Of a DNA stretch of 63,379 nt, positions 28,423 to 41,500 are shown piece by piece (the stretch's first letter is position 1; each line of letters opens with the position of its first letter). The position numbers were made by a program, and so were the translations under genes. Under the pieces are notes generated by a model. It was not told the DNA's origin. It did not search any database and saw only the letters and a program-made list of their open reading frames with translations. Source of the DNA: a virus (lineage: Duplodnaviria; Caudoviricetes); the IMG/VR virus record IMGVR_UViG_3300036770_002271, positions 1 through 63,379 of that record; one strand, given 5' to 3'.

Positions 28423-31400
28423 ATGGCACAAGATGATTATAAGTTAATTGGACCACTTAAAGATAGTTTACCAGATGCAGGTGGTGCTCCTGTACGTAAT
28501 GTGCCAGTACTTGGTGTTGTAAAAGATAATGTAGATCCAAATCGTAGTGGTCGTATATTTGTTTATATTGGAGATAATACAGGACAAGATCCTGATAATA
28601 GAAGTAATTGGACTCCATGTAGTTACCTCAGTCCCTTTTTTGGTAAAACACTACCAAGTGGCGGTGATGATACTTATGGAAGTTATAAAGAAAATCCAAG
28701 TAGTTATGGTATGTGGTTTAGTCCGCCTGATATAGGCACAACAGTTGTATGTTTGTTTTTAAATGGTGATATGAACTATGGATTTTATATAGGTAGTATA
28801 CCTGATCCTGATAGTTTACACATGATTCCTGCTATAGGCAGTAGTGAGGAAGTCACACTTAATCCAAAAGAAGCAAATACATATGGTGGTGCTACAAGAT
28901 TACCAGTCACAAATATCAATCCAAACAATCCAGGTATAAGTGAAACAGGTGGTTTCATTACTGCTGCCAAACCTGTACATAGCTATGTGGCTGGAATTAT
29001 GTCACAACAAGGTATTATACGTGATCCTATTCGTGGTCCAATAAGCACTAGTGCACAACGTGAAACACCAAGTAGAGTTGGTTGGGGTGTTAGTACGCCA
29101 GGTAGGCCAATTTATGAAGGTGGTTTTGATGATCAAACCATAGCACAAGCAGCAACAGACAATACACCAACTGGTCTTAAAGTTGTAGCAAGACGAGGTG
29201 GACACAGTATAGTTTTAGATGACGGTGATTTGATTGGTCGTGACCAGTTAATACGTATTAGAACAGCATTGGGTCATCAAATTATGATGAGTGATGATGG
29301 TCAAACATTATCTATTTTACATAGCAATGGACAAAGCTATGTTGAATTAGGAAAAGAAGGTACAGTTGATATATATTCTACCAATAGTTTTAATGTAAGA
29401 ACACAGGGTGATTTAAACTTACACGCAGACAATAATATTAATATTAACGCTATGAAAAATATTAATATAAGAGGTGAGGCAATTAAAATTAATACTGATA
29501 AAGATTTTACACAACGAGTTGGGGAAAATTTTAAACTTTATAGTTTAGGGAAATATCTTGTAAAATCTGACAGTGCTATAAGTTTACAGGGTGAAGGTGA
29601 TGTAAGTTTAAGTACAAAAGCAACAGCATATGTAAATGGAAAAAACAGAGTAAATCTAAACACAGGTAATACCTCACACATACCTGAAAAAATAGATTTG
29701 ATTCCATTATTAGCACAAACTGATACATTATTTGATCAGGCAAAAGGATTTGCTGCTGCGCCTGGGAAATTGTTAACAATCGTAACAAGAGCTCCAGCGC
29801 ATATGCCATGGGCCAATAGTAATCAAGGTGTAGAAACAAAAGTTAATTTAAATAGTGATGCTAATTTACCAACAACCCCTCCACCTGCACTAGCAACAGC
29901 AAATGAAACAGCACAAGCAAATCCAATTGCTCAAAGCACTGTCACACAATCTGCTACAATGCCTGTTACTCCTGAAGTAAGTCAATCAATTGATAAAAAT
30001 ACAACAAGCGCAGTCTTAGGACAAATGGCAAAAGATGCTGCTACAGGTCCAGCAGCAGAGATAGTTAAAAAGGGATTAGGTACGATTTCACAGAACGGTG
30101 TTCCTACAGCAGTTGTTGGGGCATTTGCTCAAACACCAAAGCAACTTGAAAGTGCTGGTATTATTAAACCAGGTAGTAGCACATTGATTAATTCATTAGT
30201 AGCAAGTGGTATGCCTGTCAATAGAGCAATGTCAAGTAATATGTTTACAGGTAAACCAGGAGCTGAGAATATTACAGGATTGGTATCAAACGTAGGTAGC
30301 CAAGCCTTAGGAGTAGTAAGAAATTTACAACAATCACAAAGGCAATTACAACAATTTGGATTGCTTACAGGACGTGAACCTGCTACACAATCAGTGGGCG
30401 CAGTTATGTCAGGTGTTGTAAATGGTGTTAACAAAACTATGAGTGTCATACGTAATGTTCAAACTGTTAGTAATTTGGCAAGTGGTATAGCAACAGGTGG
30501 AGCAGGTGGTGCTGTAATGGCAGCAATGGCAGCAGGTAGTTTCGCTGCCTCATTGGCACAAAATAAAACAGGTGGATTAGGAGGCATTAGTCAGGCACTA
30601 AATGCTGCTAGTCGTGTTACGTCAGCAGCAGGACTACAACAAGCAGTTCGTGGGGTTACTGGTGCTGCTTTTGATGCTATTGTTAAAAAGTTTGTACCTT
30701 TAAAATCAGGCGTGCCACAAAACTTATTAGCTATTGCTAAACAAAGTTTAACAACAAATGTAGCAAGTGCTGCTATACAATCAGCACTAACAAATCCAAA
30801 AGGTAGTGGATCACTCATTGATGTAGCAAGTAAAGTAGCATTAGGTTCAGTAGGTAGTTTTACTGGAGCAATAGCAAGTGGATTAGGTAATTTACCAGGT
30901 GGACAACGTGTGGCAGCAGCGGTTGTAAACAATGCTATTGGATCTATAAACAATGTACCTGGATTAGGTAGTATTAACTTATTAGCAGCAGGAAGATCAA
31001 CTGCTGCGTTGAATGGTATACCACAGTCAAGTCTACCTAATCCATTAGCCCCTGTAAGTAATTTAGTAAATGCTGTATTACCTGGGGCAGGTGGTGTAAT
31101 TAATAGTTTAGTAGGTGGAGGAAGTGTAAATCCATTAAATCAAACATTACGTAGTGTAAGTAATTTAACTGGATCAGTAGTGGGACTAACCAATAGTTTG
31201 TCTGCCTTAGCTAGTGCTGGTCTACCAGCAGGGGCAGCAGCACAATTAACAGGAGCAATTAGTGCCTTAGGTGGAGGAGGTGCTCAACCAATTAGATTAC
31301 CAACAATTGGTTTAAACACAACAAATAGAACACAAATCAATAGTAGTACAGTTGCTTTGTTAGGAGATAATAGTATACCTAAACCTAATTTAACTGGTAT

Positions 31401-31650
31401 TATTGAAGAATCAACTGCTACATTATATGATAAAGCAACTGAAAAAGTAAAGCAAGATGAGCAAAGAAGAAAAGAACTTTCAGCACGTTTTGATGCTCAA
31501 TTCAAAATAACTAAAATAGCTAAAGATGAATTTGATAACGCTAAAAAAACATTACCAGAAGGTGATCCTCAAATTGATGAATTGTTATTAAAATATGGTG
31601 ATGAGTATAAAAAGTTGTTAGATATAAGAAAAGAAATTTTATTAGGCTAA
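28423..31650 (+). CDS. gp5: Baseplate central spike (gp5/VgrG-like) with a long C-terminal extension
   Basis: OB-fold (GVVKDNVDP.RSGRI.V; PPDIGT.V.C.F), spike region (GHSIVLDD, IRIRT..GHQI.M.D, beta-helix-like repeats), then ~610 aa of Gly/Ala/Ser-rich sequence. Confidence 0.82.
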   Translation: MAQDDYKLIGPLKDSLPDAGGAPVRNVPVLGVVKDNVDPNRSGRIFVYIGDNTGQDPDNRSNWTPCSYLSPFFGKTLPSGGDDTYGSYKENPSSYGMWFSPPDIGTTVVCLFLNGDMNYGFYIGSIPDPDSLHMIPAIGSSEEVTLNPKEANTYGGATRLPVTNINPNNPGISETGGFITAAKPVHSYVAGIMSQQGIIRDPIRGPISTSAQRETPSRVGWGVSTPGRPIYEGGFDDQTIAQAATDNTPTGLKVVARRGGHSIVLDDGDLIGRDQLIRIRTALGHQIMMSDDGQTLSILHSNGQSYVELGKEGTVDIYSTNSFNVRTQGDLNLHADNNININAMKNINIRGEAIKINTDKDFTQRVGENFKLYSLGKYLVKSDSAISLQGEGDVSLSTKATAYVNGKNRVNLNTGNTSHIPEKIDLIPLLAQTDTLFDQAKGFAAAPGKLLTIVTRAPAHMPWANSNQGVETKVNLNSDANLPTTPPPALATANETAQANPIAQSTVTQSATMPVTPEVSQSIDKNTTSAVLGQMAKDAATGPAAEIVKKGLGTISQNGVPTAVVGAFAQTPKQLESAGIIKPGSSTLINSLVASGMPVNRAMSSNMFTGKPGAENITGLVSNVGSQALGVVRNLQQSQRQLQQFGLLTGREPATQSVGAVMSGVVNGVNKTMSVIRNVQTVSNLASGIATGGAGGAVMAAMAAGSFAASLAQNKTGGLGGISQALNAASRVTSAAGLQQAVRGVTGAAFDAIVKKFVPLKSGVPQNLLAIAKQSLTTNVASAAIQSALTNPKGSGSLIDVASKVALGSVGSFTGAIASGLGNLPGGQRVAAAVVNNAIGSINNVPGLGSINLLAAGRSTAALNGIPQSSLPNPLAPVSNLVNAVLPGAGGVINSLVGGGSVNPLNQTLRSVSNLTGSVVGLTNSLSALASAGLPAGAAAQLTGAISALGGGGAQPIRLPTIGLNTTNRTQINSSTVALLGDNSIPKPNLTGIIEESTATLYDKATEKVKQDEQRRKELSARFDAQFKITKIAKDEFDNAKKTLPEGDPQIDELLLKYGDEYKKLLDIRKEILLG

Positions 31651-31657
31651 ATACATT

Positions 31658-32107
31658 ATGCCAAACTATATAGGTTTTTCAACAATCAATGCTAATAAGC
31701 CAAAAAGCACTAATTTACCCACAGGAGAAAATGGCGGTGTGGGAAGTGTAGTAAGACCTATTGTGCCTGGTAAAAAGTTTAGGATAGTAGATCAACCGTT
31801 AGTTATACAAGACTTTATTAACGCATTAAATATTCCACGTGGACAAAAAGTAGGTCAACCTGAGTATGGAACTACTATTTGGGATTTTGTATTTGAACCA
31901 AATACAGCAGATGTTCAATATCAACTTGAAAATGAAATACGTAGAATTATAACGTCTGATCCAAGATTAGAACTAAATTATGTAAAAGCTTTTCCTAAAG
32001 AGAATGGAATCTTAATTGAAGTTGAATTAGCAGTCAATCCATTCAATCAATCTGAACTTATAAGTGTATTTTTTAATAGTAAAACAAATCAAGCCAGTCT
32101 ACAATAA
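31658..32107 (+). CDS. gp25: Baseplate wedge subunit gp25-like
   Basis: GQKVGQPEYGTTIWDFVFEP...I..DPR motif; CTAAATA at 31647-31653. Confidence 0.9.
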   Translation: MPNYIGFSTINANKPKSTNLPTGENGGVGSVVRPIVPGKKFRIVDQPLVIQDFINALNIPRGQKVGQPEYGTTIWDFVFEPNTADVQYQLENEIRRIITSDPRLELNYVKAFPKENGILIEVELAVNPFNQSELISVFFNSKTNQASLQ

Positions 32108-32158
32108 TCCTTAAAAAACCGATATTTTAGGTATGATAAATACTTAAAAGAGATTATT

Positions 32159-35100
32159 ATGGCTACAAGTTCAAGACAATCAGCACTATTTGGGGTAAAT
32201 GACTGGAAAGCTATTTATCAAACTTTCCGTGAAGCCGATTTTCGTAGTTACGATTATGAAACACTACGCAAAAGTTTCATTGACTATCTACGCTTGTATT
32301 ATCCCGAAACTTTTAATGATTACATAGAAAGTAGTGAATTTATCGCCTTGCTTGATGTTATGGCTTTTATGGGCCAAGGTCTAGCATTTCGTAATGACTT
32401 AAATGCACGTGAAAACTTTATTGATACTGCTGAACGCCGTGATAGCGTCATCAAATTAGCAAACTTAGTGAGCTATACTCCAAAGCGTAATCTTTGTGCT
32501 GAAGGGTATTTAAAGGTTACAAGCATTAGAACTACACAGAACATAACTGATTTAAACGGATTAAATCTTAGCAATCTTACAATATTATGGAATGACCCAG
32601 CAAACCCAAATTGGCAAGAACAATTTAATACAATTATTAATGCTAGTTTAGTAAACACACAACGTATAGGTAGACCAGGTAATGTAGCTGATTTACTTGG
32701 TATTATTACAGCAGAATATGCTATAAACATACCAGCAGATAACTTACCAATAGCTCCATTTACTAGTACAGTGGATGGCATTACAATGAATTTTGAACTT
32801 GTAAGTGCTACAAGCTTAGATGAAGATTATATCTATGAAATTCCTCCTGCTCCAAGCGGACGTTTTAATATACTTTATCGTAATGACAAATTAGGATTTG
32901 GTAGTCCTGAAACAGGATTCTTTTTCTATTTCAAACAAGGTATATTACAAACGTTTGATTTTAATTTTGAGCAACAGATTGCTAACCAATTGATTAATAT
33001 TGATATAGAAGGTATAAACAATACTGATACATGGTTATATCAACTTAATGTTAACAATGGAAATCGTTTGTTATGGAAAAAGGTTGAAAATGTATATGCT
33101 AGTGCCTACTTACAAACTGAAAATAGTGACCGTAGAATATTCAGTGTAGATTCACGTTTTAATGACCAAGTAAGCTATGTGTTTGGTGATGGCGTATTTA
33201 GTGAAATTCCAGTTGGAACATTTCGTGCCTATATTAGAGCAGGTAATGCGTTAACGTACACAATTGATCCAAGCGAAATGCAGGGTGTCACAGTAGCATT
33301 TAGTTATATCAGTCGTTTAGGTAAAACAGAAACATTAACATTTACTTTAGAATTGCCAATAGCAAATTCTACAGCACAAGCACGAGAGTCATTGGCACAA
33401 ATTAAACAACGTGCCCCAACCAGATATTATACACAAAATCGTATGGTTAATGGTGAGGATTACAATAACTTTCCATATACTTTGTACAGTTCAATCATAA
33501 AAAGCAAGGCAATTAATCGTGCTAGTATTGGTGTAAGTAAGAATTTAGATTTATTAGATCCAACAGGAAAATATAGTTCTATTAATAGTTATGGTAGTGA
33601 TGGCGCTTTATACCAAGATGATACAAATGGATTTGAAAACATAACCATTAATAATACCACTGATATTAGGGCATTTTTAACTAAGTTGAGTAACATTTTA
33701 GGAACAACTGCGCCAGTACAATATTATGTACAAAATTATGACAGATACAATATAAATGTTTCAAGTGGAGACGGAATTACATATTGGCAAACAAGTACAG
33801 TAGATGCTAATAGTGAAACAGGCTATTTTTATAAAGTAGTTGGTAGCACTAATGTTCCTGTACCAACTGGTACATTTAATAACTATAACATGAAATATGT
33901 TACAACAGGAGCTATTTGTAAGTTTACAGCTCCAGCTGGTTTTTATTTTGATAACAATAACAGATTAGTAGCAGGTATTCCTGGATCAGGTGATACAACT
34001 TATATTTGGTCTACTGTTCTAAATGTAATTGGTGATGGTTATAATTTCGGCGAAGGTCAATTTTTAAACGGTACAGGTCCTATCACATTAAATGGGTATG
34101 TACCATCAGGTTGTATAATCTCCACTGTCATTCCTGTTTTTGATAATATTTTTCCACTTACACTAATTGAAGAAATTCAGGCAAGAATGGAATTACAACA
34201 GGATTTCACATTAGTTTACAACAATAGTTTATTGATTAACCAAAATCGTTGGTCAATAGAATCATTTACAAATACAAATTATTTTGTTAAATTTGAAAGT
34301 ACAGGAACTAATAATTATACAATTACATATCGTTCACTTAATTATTTGTTTGGAAGTGTAAGTGATATAAGATTTGCCTATAGTGTTAATGAACTTGTAT
34401 ATGATCCATTTTCAGGTAAAATTATACAAGACTTTGTAAAGATATTAGGTATTAACAGTCAACCAAATAGCACATATCCAATTGGTCAAGACATTAGTGT
34501 TAATGTAATTGGTCAAACTGTTGAAGACGATGGCTATGTTAATGATTTTGAAATTGAAGTATCATCAACTGATGTAAACAATAATCAAATTATTGTTAAT
34601 CCTGACTTCTTTACTGAAATAACAGGGTATGTTACAGGAGCAAGTAACATAGGCATTTATACATTCTTTGAACTTATCGAAGATGCTATTAATTTAACTA
34701 GATTACAAATTATTCCAACAAGTAGTGTGGTATTTACATTTCCTACAAAAACTCAAATTGAAGTTGTAAAATATGATTATCCTTTGGGACAATTATTTTA
34801 TGCCTATAGTGAAAATGTTTTCTACAAAACATTACAAGATTCAACCAGCACTACTCCATTATATACAGTAACAATACAACCACAATATAGCATAAAACCA
34901 GGTCGTCAAGGATTAAGTTTTCAGTACAGACATAATTCAAATAACACGACAAGAATTGATCCAGCTACAACAAATATAATTGATTTATATGTTGTAACTC
35001 AGGCATATTATACAAGTTATACAAATTATATTCAAGATGTAACTAATACTATTCCCGAACCTGACATGCCAACAATTAATGAATTGCAAAGTGCTTATGG

Positions 35101-35527
35101 TCAGGTAAATGATTACAAGATGTTGAGTGATAGCGTTATTTTAAATAGTGTGGTCTTTAAACCATTATTTGGACCAAAAGCAGCTCCACAATTACGAGCA
35201 ACAATTAAAGTAATTAAGGCTTCAAATACCAGTGCCAGTGATAGTGAAATACGTAGTGCTGTATTAACTGCTATGAATAATTATTTTAATATTAACAATT
35301 GGAATTTTGGAGATACGTTTTATTTTAGTGAACTAAGTGCCTACTTACATGCTGAATGTGGTGAATTGATTAGTAGTGCTGTATTAGTTCCTAATGATCC
35401 TACAAAAAGATTTGGTGATTTATATGAAATTAAATCAATGCCATATGAAATTTTTGTAAACGCAGCAACAGCAAATGATGTACAGGTAATACCAGCATTA
35501 ACACCAACTCAACTACAGATCGCATAA
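32159..35527 (+). CDS. gp6: Baseplate wedge subunit gp6-like
   Basis: ENFIDTAERRDSV..LA...SY.P, FGDGVF, ES...IK.RAP..Y.TQNRMV..EDY motifs; GATAAATA at 32135-32142. Confidence 0.9.
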   Translation: MATSSRQSALFGVNDWKAIYQTFREADFRSYDYETLRKSFIDYLRLYYPETFNDYIESSEFIALLDVMAFMGQGLAFRNDLNARENFIDTAERRDSVIKLANLVSYTPKRNLCAEGYLKVTSIRTTQNITDLNGLNLSNLTILWNDPANPNWQEQFNTIINASLVNTQRIGRPGNVADLLGIITAEYAINIPADNLPIAPFTSTVDGITMNFELVSATSLDEDYIYEIPPAPSGRFNILYRNDKLGFGSPETGFFFYFKQGILQTFDFNFEQQIANQLINIDIEGINNTDTWLYQLNVNNGNRLLWKKVENVYASAYLQTENSDRRIFSVDSRFNDQVSYVFGDGVFSEIPVGTFRAYIRAGNALTYTIDPSEMQGVTVAFSYISRLGKTETLTFTLELPIANSTAQARESLAQIKQRAPTRYYTQNRMVNGEDYNNFPYTLYSSIIKSKAINRASIGVSKNLDLLDPTGKYSSINSYGSDGALYQDDTNGFENITINNTTDIRAFLTKLSNILGTTAPVQYYVQNYDRYNINVSSGDGITYWQTSTVDANSETGYFYKVVGSTNVPVPTGTFNNYNMKYVTTGAICKFTAPAGFYFDNNNRLVAGIPGSGDTTYIWSTVLNVIGDGYNFGEGQFLNGTGPITLNGYVPSGCIISTVIPVFDNIFPLTLIEEIQARMELQQDFTLVYNNSLLINQNRWSIESFTNTNYFVKFESTGTNNYTITYRSLNYLFGSVSDIRFAYSVNELVYDPFSGKIIQDFVKILGINSQPNSTYPIGQDISVNVIGQTVEDDGYVNDFEIEVSSTDVNNNQIIVNPDFFTEITGYVTGASNIGIYTFFELIEDAINLTRLQIIPTSSVVFTFPTKTQIEVVKYDYPLGQLFYAYSENVFYKTLQDSTSTTPLYTVTIQPQYSIKPGRQGLSFQYRHNSNNTTRIDPATTNIIDLYVVTQAYYTSYTNYIQDVTNTIPEPDMPTINELQSAYGQVNDYKMLSDSVILNSVVFKPLFGPKAAPQLRATIKVIKASNTSASDSEIRSAVLTAMNNYFNINNWNFGDTFYFSELSAYLHAECGELISSAVLVPNDPTKRFGDLYEIKSMPYEIFVNAATANDVQVIPALTPTQLQIA

Positions 35528-35528
35528 T

Positions 35529-38500
35529 ATGAGAATAAGAACATTAAACTTTTTACCAGAAGTATTTCACACTCCAACTAATGCTCAATTTTTAAATGCT
35601 ACGTTGGATCAACTTGTTAATCCACCAGTCACACAAAAGATTCAAGGATATATAGGAAGTAAATTAGGGTATGGGATTAATGCTAAAGATTATTATGTAA
35701 CCGAACCAACAAAAGTTCGTACAGACTATCAATTAGATCCTGGTGTTGTTTTTACAAAGAAAAATGAAAGCACAGCATATGACTTTTTAAGCTATCCAGG
35801 TATTATTGATAGTTTAAAATTACAAGGTGGTATCACAAATAATAATAGCGACTTATTCACAAGTGAAATTTACAGTTGGGATAGCTTTACAAATTTAGAT
35901 AAACTAATTAACTTCAATCAATATTATTGGTTGCCGTTTGGACCTCCAGCAGTTACAGTAGCAAGTGATATTGTTTATAGTGAAACTGATTATGTTGTAA
36001 CTAGCGAACCTAATAATTATAACATAAGAATTGAATCAGCAAGTACAGGTAGTGATAATCCTACCATTACATTATTGCGTGGTGGTACATACACATTTAC
36101 TGTTGACCAAGCATCACAATTTTTTATTCAGGGTCAACCTGGTGTAACAGGATATAGTATTACTCAACCTAATCTATCTACAAGAGACATTTTAGGTGTC
36201 ACTAATAATGGCGCTAATGTAGGAACAGTTACCTTTAATGTGCCATTAAGCACAGCACAAAATCAATACATACTACCTGGATCAAATACTGTAGATGTAA
36301 TTTCCACTGTGCCATACGCAAATGTAAATGGTGGAACTTTAAGTAGCATTGGTGGTAGTATAGATGGTGTAACAAGCTTAAATGGACTTACTGTAATGTT
36401 TTACAATACAGGCGTTACAGATCCATTAGAAACTACAAACTTTTACACAATTACAACATCAGGTAGTCCAAGTAATCCTACACTAACATTAACACCAAGC
36501 ACAGCTATTCCTTCCAACCAAAAGATTACAGCTAGTTTTGGTACTGTATACAATGATAGAAATTTTTACAAAAGTACAGGCGGGACAATTGAGTTAATAC
36601 CATATATTAGTGCTAATTTAGACACACTTTATTATCAAGACGGTAGTGTTGCCAATCGTGTTGGTGTGATTAGAATTATTGATAGTAATTTACTAAACAT
36701 AATCAATGTTAATGAAGATATTTTAGGACAAACGAATTATACCTCACCAAATGGAGTAATTTTTACAAACGGGTTAAAGGTAGATTTTGTTGGTGATATA
36801 ATACCTAGTTCTTATGCCAATGGAACATATTATGTTGAAGGTGTGGGAACAGGAATACAACTTATTCCAACTGACTTGTTAGTGAATCCTGAACCATTTA
36901 CAACAAGTGCCTTTATTCCATATGATACAACACCATATGATATTGGTAATTATGATACAGATTTGTTTATACTAAGCAACCAAGATTACATCACCATAGC
37001 AAGAAATTCATTAAGTTATAATCCATGGAGCAGAAGCAATCGTTGGTTTCATATAGAAGTCATAAATGCTACAGCAGAATACAATAATGACCCCAATATT
37101 GTAACTGACTATGCTACATATAATAACAAAGCTAAAAGACCTATTATTGAATTTTATCCTAACTTAAAATTGTATGAGTGTGGCTCTGTAGCGAAAAATC
37201 CAACCGATTTTATTGATTTACGCACAACAGACGCCTTTAGTTTAGTCGCAGGACATGAAAACTATTATCCTGACGTTAATGTATATACTGCTTATGATTG
37301 TACAATCAATGGTGTAGTAAATGGAACATCAACAACAATTAATATTCCTAGCTCAGGAGTTGTTGGTACGTTTGTAATTGGACAATACATAGCTGACTTA
37401 TATGAAGCAGGACCATCAACCAGCCCACCACAAATACCAGATACAGCACAAATTACAGCAATATCAGGGTTAGGTACAAGTACAATTACTCTAACAATAA
37501 ATTGGACAGGCAACACAACTATTACCACTGTAAATAATGCCAGCATTATTGCTACAGAAGAAACTGTTAACAACTACGCATTATTTGAAGGTTGTAGAGT
37601 TATCTTTAATAACGATACTGATAATATTTCAAATAAAATTTATGTAGTTACATTTGCTGAACTTACACCAGGTGGCACTCCAGTTATATCGCTAACAGAA
37701 GCACCAGATGGTCAAGTTGAAAATAATAATCAAGTTGTAATTTTACGTGGTGCTAATAATATTGGTAAAAGTTATTATTACGATATAGATATTTGGAAAT
37801 TAGGTCAACAAAAAACAAATGTAAATCAAGCACCATATTTTGATGTTTTTGATAGTAATGGTATAAGTTTTGGTAACACAGATATTTACATTGGTTCAAG
37901 TTTTGCTGGTTCAAAATTGTTTGCCTATGGAATAGGATCAGGACCAAATGATATATTACTTGGTTTTCCTATACAATATAGCAGTATAGACAATCCAGGA
38001 GACATAAGTTTTGATGTTGTTATTAATTCACAAACATTTGATTATGTAACAGGATCAACTCCGATTACGCAAAATATTAATACGGGTTATGTTTATAATT
38101 ATAGTTCATTAATTGATTATACTAGAATGTTAGGATGGCAAACTTGTGTGTCACCTAGTGTACAATATCAAGTTTTTGAATTCAATTATTTTGCTGACAA
38201 TCCAACTAATATTTTTACTTGTGATGTACCAGCATTGACAACTACAGAAACCAATTGGCCTGTTGTAAAAGTTTTTATTAACAATGTTTTCCAAGAACCA
38301 ACTAATTATACATATAATATAAGTGGTAATAACACTATTGTAAATCTAACTGTAGATGGATTAATTGATACTGTAGTTCAAGTATTAGTATTAAGCAATG
38401 AAGTAAGTGAAAATAGCTATTTTACTGTACCTTTAAATCTAAGCAACAATCCATTTAATACAAATATAACAACAGCGAATATTGGTGACATACGTTCACA

Positions 38501-41500
38501 ATATTCAACTATTTTTATGAACAATCCAAATATGACAGGGGTTATGTTTGGCAGTAATAATTATAGAGACTTGGGAAATTTAGTACCATATGGTAATGCT
38601 ATCATTCAAAATAGTAGCCCATTAACAAGTGTCGGAAGTTTCTTAAGATTACAAAATCACAATATATTTGACAGTTTACAATTTAACAGTCGTGAATATG
38701 TGAAGTTCAAGACTTTATTAATTGACACAGTAAATCAAATTGTTAATGAACAAAATTATACAGCAAGCACATATTTAGATGATGCCCTTGATATTATTAC
38801 CAGCACAAAAAATCAAGAACAACCTTTCTTTTGGAGTGACATGCTTCCAAGCAAAGCTCCATATTTGTCACGTTCATATACATTTAATAATGATTTAGAG
38901 ACAAGTATTTTTCCATTGTCAAGAGTCTATGATTTTTCTAAAGCAAATTATAATGGTGTATTAGTTTATGTTAGTAGAATAGTAAGTGGTACTGTAATTC
39001 AATTACAATTAATAAAGGGTACTGATTATGTAATAAGCACAGACTCACCCTCACTAACAGTATCATTTGATTTGTTAGCAGGTGATATTGTTACAATCAA
39101 TGAATATAATCAAACATATGGAAGTTATGTTCCTAACACTCCAACTAAGTTAGGATTATATCCTAGTTTTATTCCAACAGTTATATTAGATAGTACCTAT
39201 ACTCAACCAACTTACTTCATAATTGGACATGACGGATCATATACAAAAACATATGGAAATTACAATACTACATTGGGTGTATTAGAAGATTTCCGTGATC
39301 AGGCTTTATTAGAATTTGAACGTAGAATTTACAACAATCTAAAATTAAGTCAGACAATACCAGTTAGTGAATATGAAGTTGTTCCTGGATATTTTAGAAC
39401 TACTGATTTAACTTGGGCAGAATTCTTAGAAATTTATAGTAAAAATTTCTTAGATTGGGTTGGACAAAACAGACTAGATTATAAGTCACAATACTATGAC
39501 AATAATAATCAGTTTACTTATAATTATAGTGATAGTGGTATTAGATTAGATAACAAGCCTATATTACAAGGATATTGGCGTGGTGTTTATGAATATTTCT
39601 ATGATACATCACAACCAAATACAAGCCCTTGGGAAATGTTGGGATATACAAGCCAACCTAGTTGGTGGACAAGTGTGTATGGACCAAGTCCCTATACAAG
39701 TGATAACTTAGTATTATGGGGTGATTTAGCAAATGGTTATGATTACAATAATGGAAATCCTGTAATACGAGAAGAATTTATTAGACCAGGATTATTAAAT
39801 GTATTGCCTGTTGATAGTAACGGAAACTTGGTAAGCCCATTAAGTAGTATTGTTGGTAATTATACAAGTAACACATTTCAACGTGAATGGAAAGTTGGTG
39901 ATGATAGTCCAGTTGAATTAAGTTATCGTCGCAGTAGTACATGGCCATATGACTTAATGCGAATATTAGCATTGACCAAACCTGCTAAGTTTTTTAATCT
40001 AGGTATAGATTTAGACAATTACTTATATAATACAGAATTTAATCAATACTTGGTAAACAATAGAAGTCACTTGGTTTTAGATGATGTAGAGATTTATGGT
40101 TCAGGGGTTGCTAAAACAAGTTATATTAATTGGATCGTTGATTACGAAAAACAATTAGGAGTAAATGCTACAACTAACATAACTGATTTATTATTTAATT
40201 TAGATGTTCGTTTAGTCTATCGAGTAGCAGGATATAGTGATAAAACACTATTAAAGTTCTATGTAGAAAAGGGAAGTCCGAACAGCACAAATGCCTCATT
40301 ATTAATACCAGATGAAAGCTATAGCGTTTTATTATATGAAAATCAACCATTTGATAGAATAATTTATACAAGTATTATTATTCAACGAGTAACTAATGGT
40401 TATGCTGTATATGGTAATTCACAAAACCGTGCTTATTTTTCAACACTAAGTCCAAAATACGATGGATTTTATGATAATATTACAGTTGAAGGTTTAAGTG
40501 CTAAGATCACTAAAAACTTTACAACACCAGAACAAGTCGTACCATATGGATATATTTTTAATACCGTACAAGAAACCTCACAGTTTATAGCAAACTATGG
40601 TAGTTGGTTGATTGAAAAGGGTATGATATTTGATCAAATTGAAAATGGTGTAGAAATTAATTGGCGTCAAATGATTGGAGAGTTTTTGTATTGGGCTCAG
40701 ACAGGATGGGATGTGGGAAGTATCGTCACATTAAGTCCTGCTGCAACACAAATTAAAATAGACCGAGATAGTTACATTGTACAACCTTTGACATTACAAC
40801 AATCAAATTTTATTTTAAATCAAAGCTTGTATCCAATTCAAAATATAGACTTATCAATAGTTCGTGACCAAACATTGTTTAATGTTCAACCATTGAATGA
40901 AGGAGATTCATTAAGTTATGGACAGTTTAATATCAGCAACTTTGAACATGGTATAGTATTTGATAATACAACTGTATTTGATGATAGAATTTACAATTTA
41001 GTAACTGGATTACGTCAAAATAGAATTTTAGTAAAAGGTGTTAAAACTGCCGAATGGAATGGCACTGTTACAGCATCAGGATTTATATTAAATCAAGACA
41101 ATATAACAGAATGGCGTACAGCAATTGCTTATACAAAAGGTCAAATTGTAAAATACAAAAACAAGTATTGGGTAGCACTTAAGAAAATTGAACCAAGTAG
41201 TGTGTTTAATGAACTAGATTGGAAAGAAACAGATTACAACGAAATACAAAAAGGTTTGTTACCAAACAGTAGCACACGTAGTTACGAAAGTAGTATATAT
41301 TACAACATTAATGAAGCTAACTTAGAACAAGATGCGGACCTATTAGGATTTAGTTTAATTGGATATAGACCAAGAGATTATCTAGCTTTAGTTGATTTAA
41401 CTGATACAGCACAAATAAATGTTTACAGAAACTTTATTCGTAATAAAGGTACAAGAAATAGTTTAGATGCCTTTAAAGGAGCAAGATTACCACAAGGTGG

